A DNA stretch of 64,000 nucleotides from an uncultured Chloroflexia bacterium (GCA_963734535.1 CAVTHS010000007.1:1-64000), one strand, 5' to 3'. Shown: positions 21,086-32,289, numbered from the stretch's first letter. Notes: a model not told the origin generated them from the letters alone. Numbers and translations: made by a program.

Positions 21086-21721
21086 TCAGAGCAGGTAGAG
21101 CGTCGAGAAGAGCGCGATCCAGACGACGTCCACGAAATGCCAGTAGATGGAGGTCGCCTCGACCGCGTCGTGATGCCTGGCCGAGAACTGCCCGGCCATG
21201 CCGCGATAGAGCACGACGCTCAGCATGATCGCACCACCGAGCACGTGCGCGCCATGGAAGCCGGTCAGCGTGTAGAAGGTGCTGCCGAACGCGGTGTCGG
21301 TGATCCCGAACCCGAGCTGCGTGTAGTCGTAGACCTGCCCGGCGAGGAATGTCAACCCGAGCAGGAGCGTGATCCCCGTGTTCCGGAGGAAGCCGGTCCG
21401 GTCGCCCCTGCGGATCGCCGAGACGCCAAGCTGCATGGTGACCGACGAGAGGACGAGGATCGACGTCAGGATCGCGGGGAGCACGATCTCGTGGTGGATC
21501 TGGAACGGCGCGAATGCGGTCTCGTTGACGAAGGGCGGCCACTGGGTGGCGTTGAGGCGGACGTTGAAGTAGGCCGCGAAGAGGCCGGCAAAGAACATGA
21601 CCTCGGAGACGATGAACAGGATCATCCCCAGGATCGGGTTGCTGATCCCGCGCTGGCCATGGGCCCGGCTCTCGCCCACGACGGCGACGTGCGGGGCGAG
21701 GGCGCTGCTGTTCGCGGCCAT
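21086..21721 (-). CDS. ctaE: Heme-copper oxidase subunit III
   Basis: LFIVSEVMFF, TFYTLTGFHGAHV, YWHFVDVVW. Confidence 0.93.
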   Translation of the reverse strand: MAANSSALAPHVAVVGESRAHGQRGISNPILGMILFIVSEVMFFAGLFAAYFNVRLNATQWPPFVNETAFAPFQIHHEIVLPAILTSILVLSSVTMQLGVSAIRRGDRTGFLRNTGITLLLGLTFLAGQVYDYTQLGFGITDTAFGSTFYTLTGFHGAHVLGGAIMLSVVLYRGMAGQFSARHHDAVEATSIYWHFVDVVWIALFSTLYLL

Positions 21722-21723
21722 GC

Positions 21724-23361
21724 TCAGTGTCCTGCCGCGAGCGCCGGCGGGTCGGCAGCGTGGCGCTGGTCGAAGACCGGTCGCTCGGAGCGGATCGGCG
21801 GCAGGTGGTCGAAGTTGTAGGGCGGCGGCGGCGACGAGGTTGCCCACTCCAGCGTGTTCGCCTCCCACGGATCGTCGCCGGCCGGCTCGCCGCCGCGGAA
21901 CGTGATGAGGACGTTCCACAGGAACGGCAGCATCGCCACCGCGATCGTGAAGCCGCCGATCGTCGCGAGGAGGTTCAGGTCGTTCCAGCCGGCGGTCGCG
22001 CTGTAGTCGGCGATGCGCCGCGGCATCCCGGAGATGCCCATGAGGTGCATCGGGAAGAAGGTCAGGTTCATCCCGATGAAGATCCCGACGAAGTGAATCT
22101 TGCCCAGGCCTTCGTGGAGCTTCCGACCGAACATCTTCGGCCACCAGTAGTAGAGGCCGGCGAAGACGCCCATGATCGAGCCGCCGAAGAGGACGTAGTG
22201 GATGTGGGCCACGATGAAATAGGTCGCGTGGACGTGGTAGTCCACGGGCACCGCGGCCAGGAAGGCACCGTTGATCCCGCCGATCAGGAAGAGCGACAGG
22301 AACCCCAAGGCGAACAGCATCGCCGTCGTGAAGCGGAGCTTGCCGCGGAACAGGGTGGCGATCCAGTTGAACATCTTCACGCCGGTCGGGACGGCGATCA
22401 GGAACGTCATCAGGCTGAAGAACGGCAGATAGACCGAGCCCGTCGTGAACATGTGGTGAGCCCAGACCGAGAAGCCCAGGGCGCCGATTCCCGCGGTCGC
22501 GAAGACGAACGCCTTGTAGCCGAAGAGCGGCTTGCGGCTGAAGGTGGGCAGGACCTCGGACACGATCCCCATCGCCGGCAGGATCATGATGTAGACGGCC
22601 GGGTGGCTGTAGAACCAGAAGACGTTCTGCCAGAGGATGGCGTTGCCGCCGGCGAGCGCGGTGTTGAAGAAGCTCCCGCCGAAGTTGCGGTCGATGTAGA
22701 GCATGATCAGGGCGCTCGTCAGGACGGGCGTGCCCATCAGGACCAGGACGCTGGTGACCATCATCGTCCACACGAAGACTGGCATCCGGAAGAGGGTCAT
22801 CCCCGGCGCACGCATCTTGAAGATCGTGACCAGGAAGTTGACCGCGCCCAGGATGGAGCTGGTGCCGACCAGCGTCAGGGCGACGATCCAGAGGTCGGTC
22901 CCGGGGCCCTTCGAGAAGGCCGACTGCGCCAGCGGGCTGTAGCTGGTCCAGCCCGCCGCGGCCGCTCCGCCCAGCGGGAAGCCCATCATCGCGATCAGCG
23001 CCGAGAGCGGGAGCAGCCAGAACGAGAGCGCGTTGATGCGCGGAAATGCCATGTCCGGCGCGCCGATCATGAGCGGCACGAGGTAGTTGCCGAAGCCTGC
23101 CAGGAACGGGATGACGACCCAGAAGATCATCACCGAGGCGTGCATCGTGAACATCTGGTTGTACGTGGACTCGGTCATGAACTGGAGCCCCGGCTGGGCC
23201 AGCTCGGTCCGGACCGCGAGCGCAAACAGCCCGCCGATCAGGAAGAGGATCAGCGAGTTGAACGTGTAGAGGATCCCGATCTTCTTGTGATCGGTGGTCG
23301 TCAGCCATTCGTAGAGCCCGGTGCGGTAGGTCGCCGCGGGCCGGAGCACGGTGGTGGCCAT
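21724..23361 (-). CDS. ctaD: Heme-copper (cytochrome c) oxidase subunit I, A2 type
   Basis: TDHKKIG, FTMHA, WFYSHPAVY (YS motif of the A2 family), WAHHMF, AHIHY, GMPRR. Confidence 0.96.
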   Translation of the reverse strand: MATTVLRPAATYRTGLYEWLTTTDHKKIGILYTFNSLILFLIGGLFALAVRTELAQPGLQFMTESTYNQMFTMHASVMIFWVVIPFLAGFGNYLVPLMIGAPDMAFPRINALSFWLLPLSALIAMMGFPLGGAAAAGWTSYSPLAQSAFSKGPGTDLWIVALTLVGTSSILGAVNFLVTIFKMRAPGMTLFRMPVFVWTMMVTSVLVLMGTPVLTSALIMLYIDRNFGGSFFNTALAGGNAILWQNVFWFYSHPAVYIMILPAMGIVSEVLPTFSRKPLFGYKAFVFATAGIGALGFSVWAHHMFTTGSVYLPFFSLMTFLIAVPTGVKMFNWIATLFRGKLRFTTAMLFALGFLSLFLIGGINGAFLAAVPVDYHVHATYFIVAHIHYVLFGGSIMGVFAGLYYWWPKMFGRKLHEGLGKIHFVGIFIGMNLTFFPMHLMGISGMPRRIADYSATAGWNDLNLLATIGGFTIAVAMLPFLWNVLITFRGGEPAGDDPWEANTLEWATSSPPPPYNFDHLPPIRSERPVFDQRHAADPPALAAGH

Positions 23362-23371
23362 CGGGACTCTC

Positions 23372-24608
23372 CTACTTGACCGTCAGGGTGCCGACCATGT
23401 TCGGGTGCACCGAGCAGACGAAGGCATAGGTACCGGCCGGCAGCGCCGGCACGTCGTAGGTCCGGGTGTCGGTGCCGCTGAAGATCTCGCCCTTGAAGAC
23501 CTCGGTCCCGCTCGCCGAGCCGGCGTGGATCGCGACGTTGTGGGGGATCCCCGCGTCGTTGTTGGTGAAGACGATCTGGAACGGCGTGCCCGCCGGTGCG
23601 GAGAGGTCGGTCGCGTCGTAGGCCACGCCCGAGGCGGCCAGCTTGAGCGAGACCGATGCGCCCGGCGCACCGCTCGCGCCCGGCGCACCGCTCGCCGCGG
23701 GAGAGCCGGCCGGGCCTCCTGCCGACGGGGCCGCGGAGGCGGCCGGGGACGGCGCGGGCGGCGGGGTCAGCTCCTGCTGGAGCCAGGCCACGTAGTCGGC
23801 CTTCGACTCCACCTGCACCTGGAACTCCATGAACTGGTGGAAGAGGCCGCAGAACTGGGTGCACTGGCCGCGGAAGATCCCCGACCCGGTCCGCCGTGAA
23901 CTGGATGACCTGGTCCTTGCGGGGCGTGATGTCGCGCTGGTACAGGAATGCGGGGACGTAGAACGAGTGGATGACGTCGATCGAATGCAGCTGGAGCTCG
24001 ACCGTCTCGTTGACCGGGACATGCATCGTGGGCGGCGTCCAGTTCGTTCGATCGCCGCCGGCGGGCGGCGTCCCGATCACCGTCACGCACTTGCCCTTGT
24101 TCGCGGCCGCCCCGCAGTCCTCCCATGCCACGCCGTCGGGCGCGTAGACGAACTGCCACTGCCACTGGTAGGCCACCACGCCGATGCGGACGGCCGGCGT
24201 CGGCGTGCGGGCGTCGACCGTGTTGAGGGTCTGCCAGGACAGGACGAAGAGCGCCAGGACGAGCGCGATGGGGATCGCCGTCCAGATGATCTCGAGCCGG
24301 TTGTTGCCGTGGATCTGCGGCGGCAGCTCGTCGTCACCCTTCCGGCGCCGGTATCGCAGGACCGCGAAGAGGATCAGGCCCTCGACGACGAGAAAGATCG
24401 CCGCGCCGATGACGAACACGATGTCGTAGATGTCGCGGGTCGCCTGGCCCTGGGTCGACGCCGCGTCCGGGGGGACGGCGGTCCGCACGTTGAAGTCGGT
24501 GCACGCGGAGAGGAGGACGACCAGCGCCCCAAGGGCCGCGATCATCCCGGCGCGGCGAACCCATCTCTTCGCTGTCAGGCCCATGGGTGCGTTCGACCTC
24601 GTGCGCAT
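23372..24608 (-). CDS. ctaC: Oxidase subunit II (CuA) fused to a C-terminal cupredoxin; frameshift near 23880
   Basis: LSAC lipobox, IHGNNRLEIIWT, YQWQW, DVIHSF, CuA motif CTQFCGLFHQFM, then a P/A linker and cupredoxin. Confidence 0.9.
23374..23760. repeat. Direct repeat copy 2 of linker plus cupredoxin domain
   Basis: Appears identical to 19652..20038 (offset 3722). Confidence 0.9.
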
Positions 24609-24821
24609 GTGTCGGAAGTGCTCCGCCGGGACGCGTCCGGCGGCCTCTCCCTCGCCTCGCTCGGGCTCCGGGGACGGCGGGGACCCGAGGCGCGGGCATG
24701 ATACCCGAAGCGTCCGGAAAGATGCGCGAATGCGCACCTGTCGCCCACGCTGTTCCCGCCCCCGGGACGAGCGGCGACGGGCCCGTCGCGATCGGGACCG
24801 GTTCGCGCGACAATCGCTCCC

Positions 24822-25935
24822 GTGACCGACTCGCGATCGCCTCGCATGCAGATGGCCCGGCCCCGCCCCGCGCGCAAAGGTCGCGGGTGCCGTCCCGCGC
24901 GCCACGGTCCCAGCCGGGCGCGCCGGCGTCCGATCGCCCGCCGATGGCTGGCGGCCGCCCCGATGCTGCTGGCGCTGCTGGCCGCCGCTCCCGCGGCGGC
25001 GGCACACGGTGGCGCCGTGCCGGCCGCGCCGGACGCGGCCGCCTTCGTGCTCGGGTGGTCATTCGACCTGACGATCTGGCTGCCGCTCGCCCTGGCCGCC
25101 GCCGCCTACCTGTGGGCCGTCCGGCGGATCGACGCCGCGCACCCGGCGAGCCCCGTGCCCCGGGACCGGCCGGTCTTCTTCCTGCTGGGACTCGCGGCGA
25201 TCGCGGTCGCGCTCCAGTCGGGCATCGAGCGCTACGACACGACCCTGTTCTCGGTCCACATGGTCCAGCACGTGATCCTGATCTTCCTTGCGGCGCCAGC
25301 CATCGTTCTCGCCGCGCCGATCACCCTGGTGCTGCGCGTCGCGACGCCGGAGGTCCGGCGGGAACGGATCCTGCCCGTCCTCCACTCGCGCGTCGTGCGA
25401 TTCCTCGGCCATCCGCTCGTCGCCTGGCTCCTCTTCACGGGCGTCATGTGGGGGACCCACTTCTCGCCGCTCTTCGACGCCGCCCTCGAGAACGCCTGGC
25501 TGCACGACCTCGAGCACGGGCTCTACCTCGGCAGCGCCATGCTCTTCTGGTGGCCGATGGTGGGCCGCGACCCGAGCCCGTGGCGGATGGAGCCACCCGG
25601 CGCGGCTCCTGTTCATGTTCATGCAGATGCCCTTCAACTCGTTCCTGGGCGTGGCGATCCTCTTCTCCGGCACGGTCCTCTATCCGCACTACGCGACGAC
25701 CGGGCGGCTCTGGGGCCCAACGCCGCTCGAGGACCAGCAGGCCGCCGGGGCGCTGATGTGGGGCCTCGGCGATGCTGGGTTCCTGCTCGCCCTGCTCCTC
25801 GCGACGGCGGCGTGGATGCGCCACGACGAGGCAGCCGCGCGTCGCCGGGAGGCCGTGGAGGACGCTCGGGCCGCGACCAGCGTCGCCCCCGCGGCCGAGG
25901 CAGCGGCCGACACCGCGACCGCGTCGTCCGGCTGA
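24822..25935 (+). CDS. ctaG: Caa3-type CtaG cytochrome oxidase assembly protein; frameshift near 25590
   Basis: LFSVHMVQHVIL..APITL, HDLEHGLYL..LFWWP, LEDQQAAGALMW. Confidence 0.88.
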
Positions 25936-25939
25936 GCGA

Positions 25940-26932
25940 TCAGGCCGGGATCGGCGCCTCGAGGAGCGCGCGGTACTGCCCGGGGTCGACGTTGCCGCCC
26001 GACACGACGCCGACGGCGGTCCCGTGCAGGAGGGGCAGCCCGATCTCGTCGGCGTGGAAGCGCAGGGCCGCGATCACGAGGGCACCTGACGGCTCGACGA
26101 CCAGGCGGGCCTCTTCGGCAGCAAGGCGCACGCCGGCGGCGATCTCGGCCTCCGACACCGTGACGACGCCGTCCAGGTGGACGCGCAGGTGGGCGAACGT
26201 GCGAACCCCAAGGGCCTGCGTCCGTGTGCCGTCGGCGATGGTTCGTGACACGTCCGCGGCCGACCACTCCACGATCCTGCCCAGCGCCAGCGACTCGCGG
26301 GCGTCCGCGGCCAGCTCGGGCTCGACCCCGATGACGCGCGCAGCCGGCCGGAGCGCCTTCACCGCGGCCGCGACGCCGCTCGCGAGCCCACCGCCGCCGA
26401 TGGGGACGAGGACGAGGCCCAGGTCCTCGACGTCCTCCGCGATCTCGAGGCCGCAGGTGCCCTGGCCGGCGATGATCCGGTCGTCGTCGTAGGGAGGGAT
26501 GATGGCGAGCCCGCGCTCGGTGGCCAGGCGCTCGGCGACGGCCTGCCGCTCCGCGCTCGCGTCGCCCACGGTCACGACTTCAGCGCCATCGGCCAGGACC
26601 CGCCTGCGCTTGATCGCCGGCGCGTTCCCCGGCATGACGACGACCGCGTGGCAGCCGAGCAGCCGGGCAGCCCTTGCCACGCCCTGCGCATGGTTGCCCG
26701 AGGAGTACGTGATGACGCCGCGCTCCAGCTCGCCCGGGTCCAGCGATGCGATCGCCGTGTACGCCCCGCGCAGCTTGAAGGCCCCGATCGGCTGGAGCGA
26801 CTCCGCCTTGAGGAGCTGCCCGCGCGCGGGGTCGCCGAGGGCGACCAGGGGCGTCCGCACAGCCACGCCGCGCAGCAGGAGCGCAGCCGCGCGGATGCGC
26901 TCGAGGCCGACGAGCGGCGGGTCCGCTCTCAT
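25940..26932 (-). CDS. PLP-dependent threonine/serine dehydratase family protein
   Basis: KAESLQPIGAFKLRGA, SSGNHAQG, PIGGGGL, EPSGA, SGGNVD. Confidence 0.9.
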   Translation of the reverse strand: MRADPPLVGLERIRAAALLLRGVAVRTPLVALGDPARGQLLKAESLQPIGAFKLRGAYTAIASLDPGELERGVITYSSGNHAQGVARAARLLGCHAVVVMPGNAPAIKRRRVLADGAEVVTVGDASAERQAVAERLATERGLAIIPPYDDDRIIAGQGTCGLEIAEDVEDLGLVLVPIGGGGLASGVAAAVKALRPAARVIGVEPELAADARESLALGRIVEWSAADVSRTIADGTRTQALGVRTFAHLRVHLDGVVTVSEAEIAAGVRLAAEEARLVVEPSGALVIAALRFHADEIGLPLLHGTAVGVVSGGNVDPGQYRALLEAPIPA

Positions 26933-27018
26933 CGTCGCGCTCTCACCGGTCGGCGCCCGACGGGCCGCCCCGGGTCATGCCCGGCGGGACGTCCCCAGTC
27001 ACGCCCGCGCGCCGCTCG

Positions 27019-27357
27019 TCACCGGAGGTGGCTGCCGCAGGCGACGCACGTCGTCGCCCACGGCAGGAGCTCCTGGCGTTCGGCCGGGATCTCGCCGGAG
27101 CACGTCTCGCAGGTCGTGTACGTGCCCGCCGCCAGGCGTGCGAGCGCGTGGTCGACCGCGTGGTATCGACGTTCTGCCTGGTCGCGGAGCGCCAGGTCCC
27201 GCTGCTGGGCGAAGACGTGCGCGGCCGCCGCGGCCTGGGACCCGTAGGTCATCTGGCCGGGCGCCTCGATCTCCTCGCCGAGCTCTTCCCGCAGCGCCGC
27301 GCGCACCTCCTCGAGGCGGGCTCGGGCGGTCTCGGTGCGGTCGAGCGGCGTGGTCAC
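27019..27357 (-). CDS. TraR/DksA C4 zinc-finger protein
   Basis: ALARLAAGTYTTCETCSGEIPAERQELLPWATTCVAC. Confidence 0.85.
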   Translation of the reverse strand: MTTPLDRTETARARLEEVRAALREELGEEIEAPGQMTYGSQAAAAAHVFAQQRDLALRDQAERRYHAVDHALARLAAGTYTTCETCSGEIPAERQELLPWATTCVACGSHLR

Positions 27358-27456
27358 GCCCCGCATCGTACGCTCGCCCGGCGCGACGCGCAGCATCGCG
27401 CATATACTCCCCGGGAGTACCGGGTGCGTGCCCGGCGGAGCCCAGGAGGCGGCACC

Positions 27457-27630
27457 ATGGCGATCGCGATCGACCCGGTCTGCGGGATGGAGGTCGTCAT
27501 GGAGACGGCGACCCTCACGAGCGAGCATGACGGGACGACCTACTACTTCTGCGGGAAGGGCTGCAAGCTCGACTTCGACGAGGACCCGGACACGTATCTC
27601 GACCCGAGCTACACGCCGGAGGGCATGTAG
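27457..27630 (+). CDS. YHS domain protein
   Basis: DPVCGM..GTTYYFCGKGCKLDFDEDP; AGGAGG RBS. Confidence 0.88.
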   Translation: MAIAIDPVCGMEVVMETATLTSEHDGTTYYFCGKGCKLDFDEDPDTYLDPSYTPEGM

Positions 27631-28032
27631 CCGCCTCCGACCGCGGGTGAGCGGTGCGCACGCGACGGACCGGGCGGCCACTGGATAAGCCGGGGATAAG
27701 CGACGAGCGGCAGACTCCTCCGCGTGGGGCACGCCCACCGCCGGCTCGGCGGCTTTCGCGTGGAGGTGCGCCATGCGCGCTGCCCCGGGCGTCGTCGCCC
27801 TGCTCCGCTCCGCCCTGCTCGTTCTCATCCTCGTCGCGGCCGCCGGGCCACAGCAAGGCGAACGCCACGGGCCCGGCACGAGTCGGGCCGCCGGCGCGCA
27901 GCCTGCGTCCACCCACCTGGTGACGCCCCTCGTCGCCAAGCGCTGGTCCTGATCGCGGCAACCTGCGCCGGCCGCGCGGACGCCGGCCGACGCTCGGACG
28001 GCCGGCCGCGGCCTGGGCGCCGGGATGGCGCG

Positions 28033-28821
28033 TCAGGCGCTCCCGCCCGCCGTGCAGCCGTCGCGCGTGAGCCGCTGGGCGACGTACAGCGGCAGGAGCG
28101 AGAGCAGGACGAGGAAGACCGCCACGACGTTCACGATCGGACGCTGGTTCGGCAGCCGCAGGTTGTTCAGGATCCAGATCGGGACCGTCTCCTGCGTGCC
28201 GGCCGTGAAGGTCGTGACGATGACCTCGTCGAAGGAGAGGGCGAACGCCAGCAGGGCGCCGGCGACGAGGGCGGTCCGCACGACCGGGAGCGTCACGTAG
28301 CGGAACGTCTGCGCTGTTGTCGCGCCAGGTCCATCGAGGCCTCCTCGATCGAGCGCGACGACCGGCGCATCCGGGCGACGACGTTGTTGTAGACGGTGAC
28401 CACGCAGAACGTCGCGTGGCCGGCGACGATCGTCCACACGTTGAACGGCACGTGGAGCGTGTTGAACGTCGCGTTGAGGGCCATGCCGGTGACGATGCCC
28501 GGCAGCGCGATCGGCAGGACGAGGAGCAGCGAGACCGTCTCGCGGCCGAAGAAGCGGAACCGGTGCACGACGAGCGCCGCGAGCGTGCCGAGGACCAGGG
28601 CCACGATGGTCGCTCCGGCGGCAGCCTCCACCGACAGGACGAGCGCATCGCGGAGGTCCGGGTTGTCGAGCGCGACCCCGAACCACTTGGCGGTCCAGGA
28701 GGTGATCGGCCACGTCTGGCCGCGGTCGGCGTTGAAGGCGTAGAGCGACGATGATCCCGAGCGGGATGTAGAGAAAGAGGAGGACCGCGGCGGTCGCGAT
28801 CCGAAGGCCGTAGCGGCCCAT
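28033..28821 (-). CDS. Polyamine ABC transporter permease (PotC-like), frameshifted
   Basis: LFLYIPL, LPIALPGIVTG, IEEASMDL, FALSFDEVIVT spread over several frames. Confidence 0.82.
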   Translation of the reverse strand: MGRYGLRIATAAVLLFLYIPLGIIVALRLQRRPRPDVADHLLDRQVVRGRARQPGPPRCARPVGGGCRRSDHRGPGPRHARGARRAPVPLLRPRDGLAAPRPADRAAGHRHRHGPQRDVQHAPRAVQRVDDRRRPRDVLRGHRLQQRRRPDAPVVALDRGGLDGPGATTAQTFRYVTLPVVRTALVAGALLAFALSFDEVIVTTFTAGTQETVPIWILNNLRLPNQRPIVNVVAVFLVLLSLLPLYVAQRLTRDGCTAGGSA

Positions 28822-28831
28822 CAGGCTGTCC

Positions 28832-29740
28832 TCACAGCGCTTCGAAGGCGCCGAGCCGGCGCATCAGCAGGAGGAACACGCCCATCACGAGGACGGGCAC
28901 GGTTGCGAAGGCAGCAGCGAGCGGCACGTTGCCGACGACGCCCTGGCTCTCGTAGACGACGTTGCCGATGAACTGGCTGTTCGAGACGAGCTGCGGGGTG
29001 ATGTAGTCGCCGAGCGTCAGGGAGAACGTGAAGATCGATCCCGCGGCGACGGATGGCACGACGAGCGGCAGCACCACCCGTCGGAAGGTCATCCCGGATC
29101 GCGCGCCAGGTCCGCCGAGGCCTCCAGCAGCGAGCCCGGGATCCGCTCGAGACCCGCGAAGATCGGCAGGATCATGTACGGCAGCCACAGGTACGTGAAG
29201 ACGATCACCATCGAGATGTCCGAGTAGCCGAGCGAGACGTTCGGCAGCCCGACCAGCTGGAAGAACCAGTCCAGCGGGCCGCCCTTGCCAAGGATCACCC
29301 GCCAGGCGTAGACGCGGACCAGGTAGCTGGTCCAGAGCGGCAGCAGCACGAGCGCGAAGAGCGCGGCGCGCGCTCGTCCGCCCGCGACCCGGGCCATGAA
29401 GTAGGCGATCGGGAACGCCAGCGCGATGTCGAGCAGGGTGACGAGCCGCCGCGACGCCGATCGTGCGCAGGGCGACCGTCCGGTAGACCGGGCTGCCGAG
29501 GAGGAGCTGGAAGTTGGCGAGCGTGAACTCGTGCTTGATCGCCGACGTGAGCGGGTCGAGGTACCAGAACGCGGACACGAAGAGGATCGCGAGCGAGCCC
29601 AGGTAGATCACGCCGAACCAGCCCATCGGCGGCGCCAGCAGCAGCAGGATCTGGGCAGCCCGATGCGGGTAGAGCGCCGTCTGCAGGCGGCGGGCCAGGC
29701 CCGGGGCGTCCCTGGCGAGTGGAGGCGCGGCGGTCGTCAT
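28832..29740 (-). CDS. Polyamine ABC transporter permease (PotB-like), frameshifted
   Basis: PLWTSYLVRVYAW, LPYMILPIFAGLE..LEASADLG, FSLTLGDYI. Confidence 0.82.
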   Translation of the reverse strand: MTTAAPPLARDAPGLARRLQTALYPHRAAQILLLLAPPMGWFGVIYLGSLAILFVSAFWYLDPLTSAIKHEFTLANFQLLLGSPVYRTVALRTIGVAAARHPARHRAGVPDRLLHGPGRGRTSARRALRARAAAALDQLPGPRLRLAGDPWQGRPAGLVLPAGRAAERLARLLGHLDGDRLHVPVAAVHDPADLRGSRADPGLAAGGLGGPGARSGMTFRRVVLPLVVPSVAAGSIFTFSLTLGDYITPQLVSNSQFIGNVVYESQGVVGNVPLAAAFATVPVLVMGVFLLLMRRLGAFEAL

Positions 29741-29839
29741 CGTCTCGGCGGGCAGGTTGGGGCGATCGGTCCGGCCTCGGCGACGGGGCGGCGGATCCCC
29801 TGGCGAGGCTCCGCCGCCCGCCGCGTCAGGAACGGGTCA

Positions 29840-31189
29840 TCAGCCCTTGATCTCGGTCCATTTCAGGGACCAGACGGAGTAGTCGACGCACGTCTGGCCT
29901 CGGGCATCGCCGCAGTCGGCGAGGGGCGTCTTCCAGAAGGCGATCTGGTTGTAGAAGCTCGGGTCCTTGACGCGCGTAGACCGTGCAGAAGTCCTTCAGG
30001 CCGTACGGGCCCGTAGCACGGCGTCGAGGTACTTGCAGGCCTTCGGGTTGGCGGGGCCTCGCCGAAGTATCTCGGCGACCTGGGCCTGGACCTCGGGGGT
30101 GATCATCCAGGCCATCCACTTGAGCATGCAGTTCGGGTGCGGCGGCCTTCGCCGACATCATCCAGGTGTCGGCCCAGCCGGTCATGCCTTCGGTCGGCAC
30201 GACGGCCTGCGACCTTGGCCTTCTCGGCCTTGAGCGCGTTGACCTGGTACGGCCAGGTGGTGCCGACCACCGTCGCGCCGTTCTTGAAGTTGTCGATCTC
30301 GTCGGAGTAGACCGCCCAGTACTTGCCGACCCACGGGCGCTGCGCCTTGAGAAGCGCGACAGCGGCGTCGAACTGGGGCTGGGTCAGCTCGTACGGGTCG
30401 GTGATGCCGAGCTCGGGGTTGTGTGCCTTGAGGTAGAGCGGCCGCGTCGGCGATGTAGATCGGGCTGTCGTAGGCCGTGATCTTGCCCTGGTACGGCTTC
30501 GACGGCCGTCGCATCGAAGACGACGTTCCAGCTGGTCGGCGCCGGGGTCACGAGATCCGTGCGGTACATGAGGCTGTTGCCGCCCCAGCCGTGGGGCACG
30601 CCGTAGTGACTTGCCCGCCGACGACGTAGTGCGGCGCGTTCTGCAGGAACGGCGCGATGTCGCCGAAGCCGGGGATCTGGGCCGGGTCGATGGCGGCGAC
30701 GTCGCCGTTGGCGATGAGCCGGTTCGACGCGTCGCCGGAGGCGGAGACGCCGTCGTACACGCTGCCGCCGCCCTGGCGGAGCAGCGTCACCATCTCGTCC
30801 GACGTGTTGCCGATCTTGGATCCGACACTTGCAGCCGGTCTCCGCCTCGAAGGGCTTGACCCAGTCGTACTCCTTGCACGTCGAGCCGTTCTCCGCGTAG
30901 CCGGCCCAGATGATGATGTTGAGCGCGCCCTCGCCGGGCCCGCCGACCTTGGTCAGGTCAACCGCGGGCTTCAGCGGGGTCATCGTCCCGTAGGAGCCCG
31001 TCGAGTACGAGGGCGCCGCGGACGGGGCGCTGGACGGCGCCGCCGACGCGGCGACTGACGCGGCCGCCGAGGGCGCCGCGGACGCCGCGACCGACGGCGC
31101 GACCGACGGCGCGGGTGTCGATCCGCTGCCGCACGCCCCCGCGATGATGGCGACCGCGCCGAGCGCGGTCGCGAACCGGTGCTTCTCAC
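29840..31189 (-). CDS. Polyamine ABC substrate-binding lipoprotein (PotD-like), many frameshifts
   Basis: Fragments LNIIIWAGYAE, YDGVSASGDAS, YGVPHGWGGN, YDSPIYIADAA, PTEGMTGWADTWM lie in different frames. Confidence 0.75.
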
Positions 31190-32289
31190 CGTGCTCCTCC
31201 TCGGTCCTCTCCGCGGCCCTGGACGGCGAGACTGTGCTGGCGCTTCCAGACGAGTCGAACGCGGTCGCCCTGGCGCTCCAGCGCCTCGGTCGACGAGGTC
31301 ACGAGGTTCTGCTGGGTCACGACGAGCGATCCGCCCGCGTCGAGCTGGACGATGTAGCGGGTGTCCGAGCCGAGGTAGATGACCTCGGCGATGCTGCCGA
31401 GGGCCGAGGTCTCTTCGTCGCCGACCGGGTCATCGGGCCCTGCGAGGCGGATCTTCTCGGGGCGCACGGTGTAGGTTGCGTCCGTGCCGAACACCGCCCG
31501 CGCGGCCGCCCCGGAAGGAGGTTCGAGGTGCCGACGAAGCCCGCGACGAACGCGGTCGCGGGCCGCTCGTAGACGTCCGCCGGGGATCCCACCTGCTCGA
31601 TCCGGCCGCGGTTGAAGACGGCGATCCGGTCGCTCATCGTGAGCGCCTCTTCCTGGTCGTGCGTCACGTAGATGAACGTGATCGCGACCTCGCGCTGGAT
31701 CGTCTTGAGCTCGATCTGCATCTCCTCGCGGAGCTTCAGGTCGAGCGCGCCGAGCGGCTCGTCGAGCAGGAGGACCCGCGGGCGGTTGATGAGCGCGCGC
31801 GCGAGCGCGACCCGCTGGCGCTGGCCGCCCGAGAGCTGGGAAGGCCGGCGCCGCTCGTAGCCGCTGAGGCGGACCATGGCCAGCGACTCGGAGACGCGGC
31901 GGGATCGCTCCGGCTTCGGGACCTTGCGGACCAGGAGCCCGTAGCCGACGTTGTCGGCGACGCTCATGTGGGGGAACAGCGCGTAGTCCTGGAAGACGGT
32001 GTTCACGTTCCGCTCGAACGGCGGCAGGTTCGCGACCTCCTGGCCGTGCAGCTCGATGCGGCCGCCGGACGGCCGCTCGAACCCGGCGATCATGCGCAGC
32101 GTGGTGGTCTTCCCGGAGCCGGATGGGCCGAGCATCGAGAAGAACTCGCCCTCGGCCACGTCCAGATCGATCCCGGCCACGGCAACGACGTCGCCGAACC
32201 GCTTCTGGAGCCCGACGAGCCGGATTGCCGGGATCGAGTCCGGGAGTGGAGCGACGAGCCTCGGGGCGGGGCGCGATGCGGGTCGCCAA
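31186..32289 (-). CDS. Polyamine ABC transporter ATPase (PotA-like), compensating frameshifts
   Basis: [43 protein letters not shown] tail; TTG start with AGGAG. Confidence 0.88.
   Translation of the reverse strand: MATRIAPRPEARRSTPGLDPGNPARRAPEAVRRRRCRGRDRSGRGRGRVLLDARPIRLREDHHAAHDRRVRAAVRRPHRAARPGGREPAAVRAEREHRLPGLRAVPPHERRRQRRLRAPGPQGPEAGAIPPRLRVAGHGPPQRLRAAPAFPALGRPAPAGRARARAHQPPAGPPARRAARRARPEAPRGDADRAQDDPARGRDHVHLRDARPGRGAHDERPDRRLQPRPDRAGGIPGGRLRAARDRVRRGLRRHLEPPSGAAARAVFGTDATYTVRPEKIRLAGPDDPVGDEETSALGSIAEVIYLGSDTRYIVQLDAGGSLVVTQQNLVTSSTEALERQGDRVRLVWKRQHSLAVQGRGEDRGGAR

Noticed and set aside
21727-23379. Long antisense ORFs (also 37189..39783, 51435..53402, 55117..56919, 61336..63918)
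   Set aside because: Shadow ORFs from GC3 bias opposite well-supported genes.
31000-31120. GACGGCGC-type repeats (similar ones at 5840-5925)
   Set aside because: They encode low-complexity Ala/Pro/Ser linkers.
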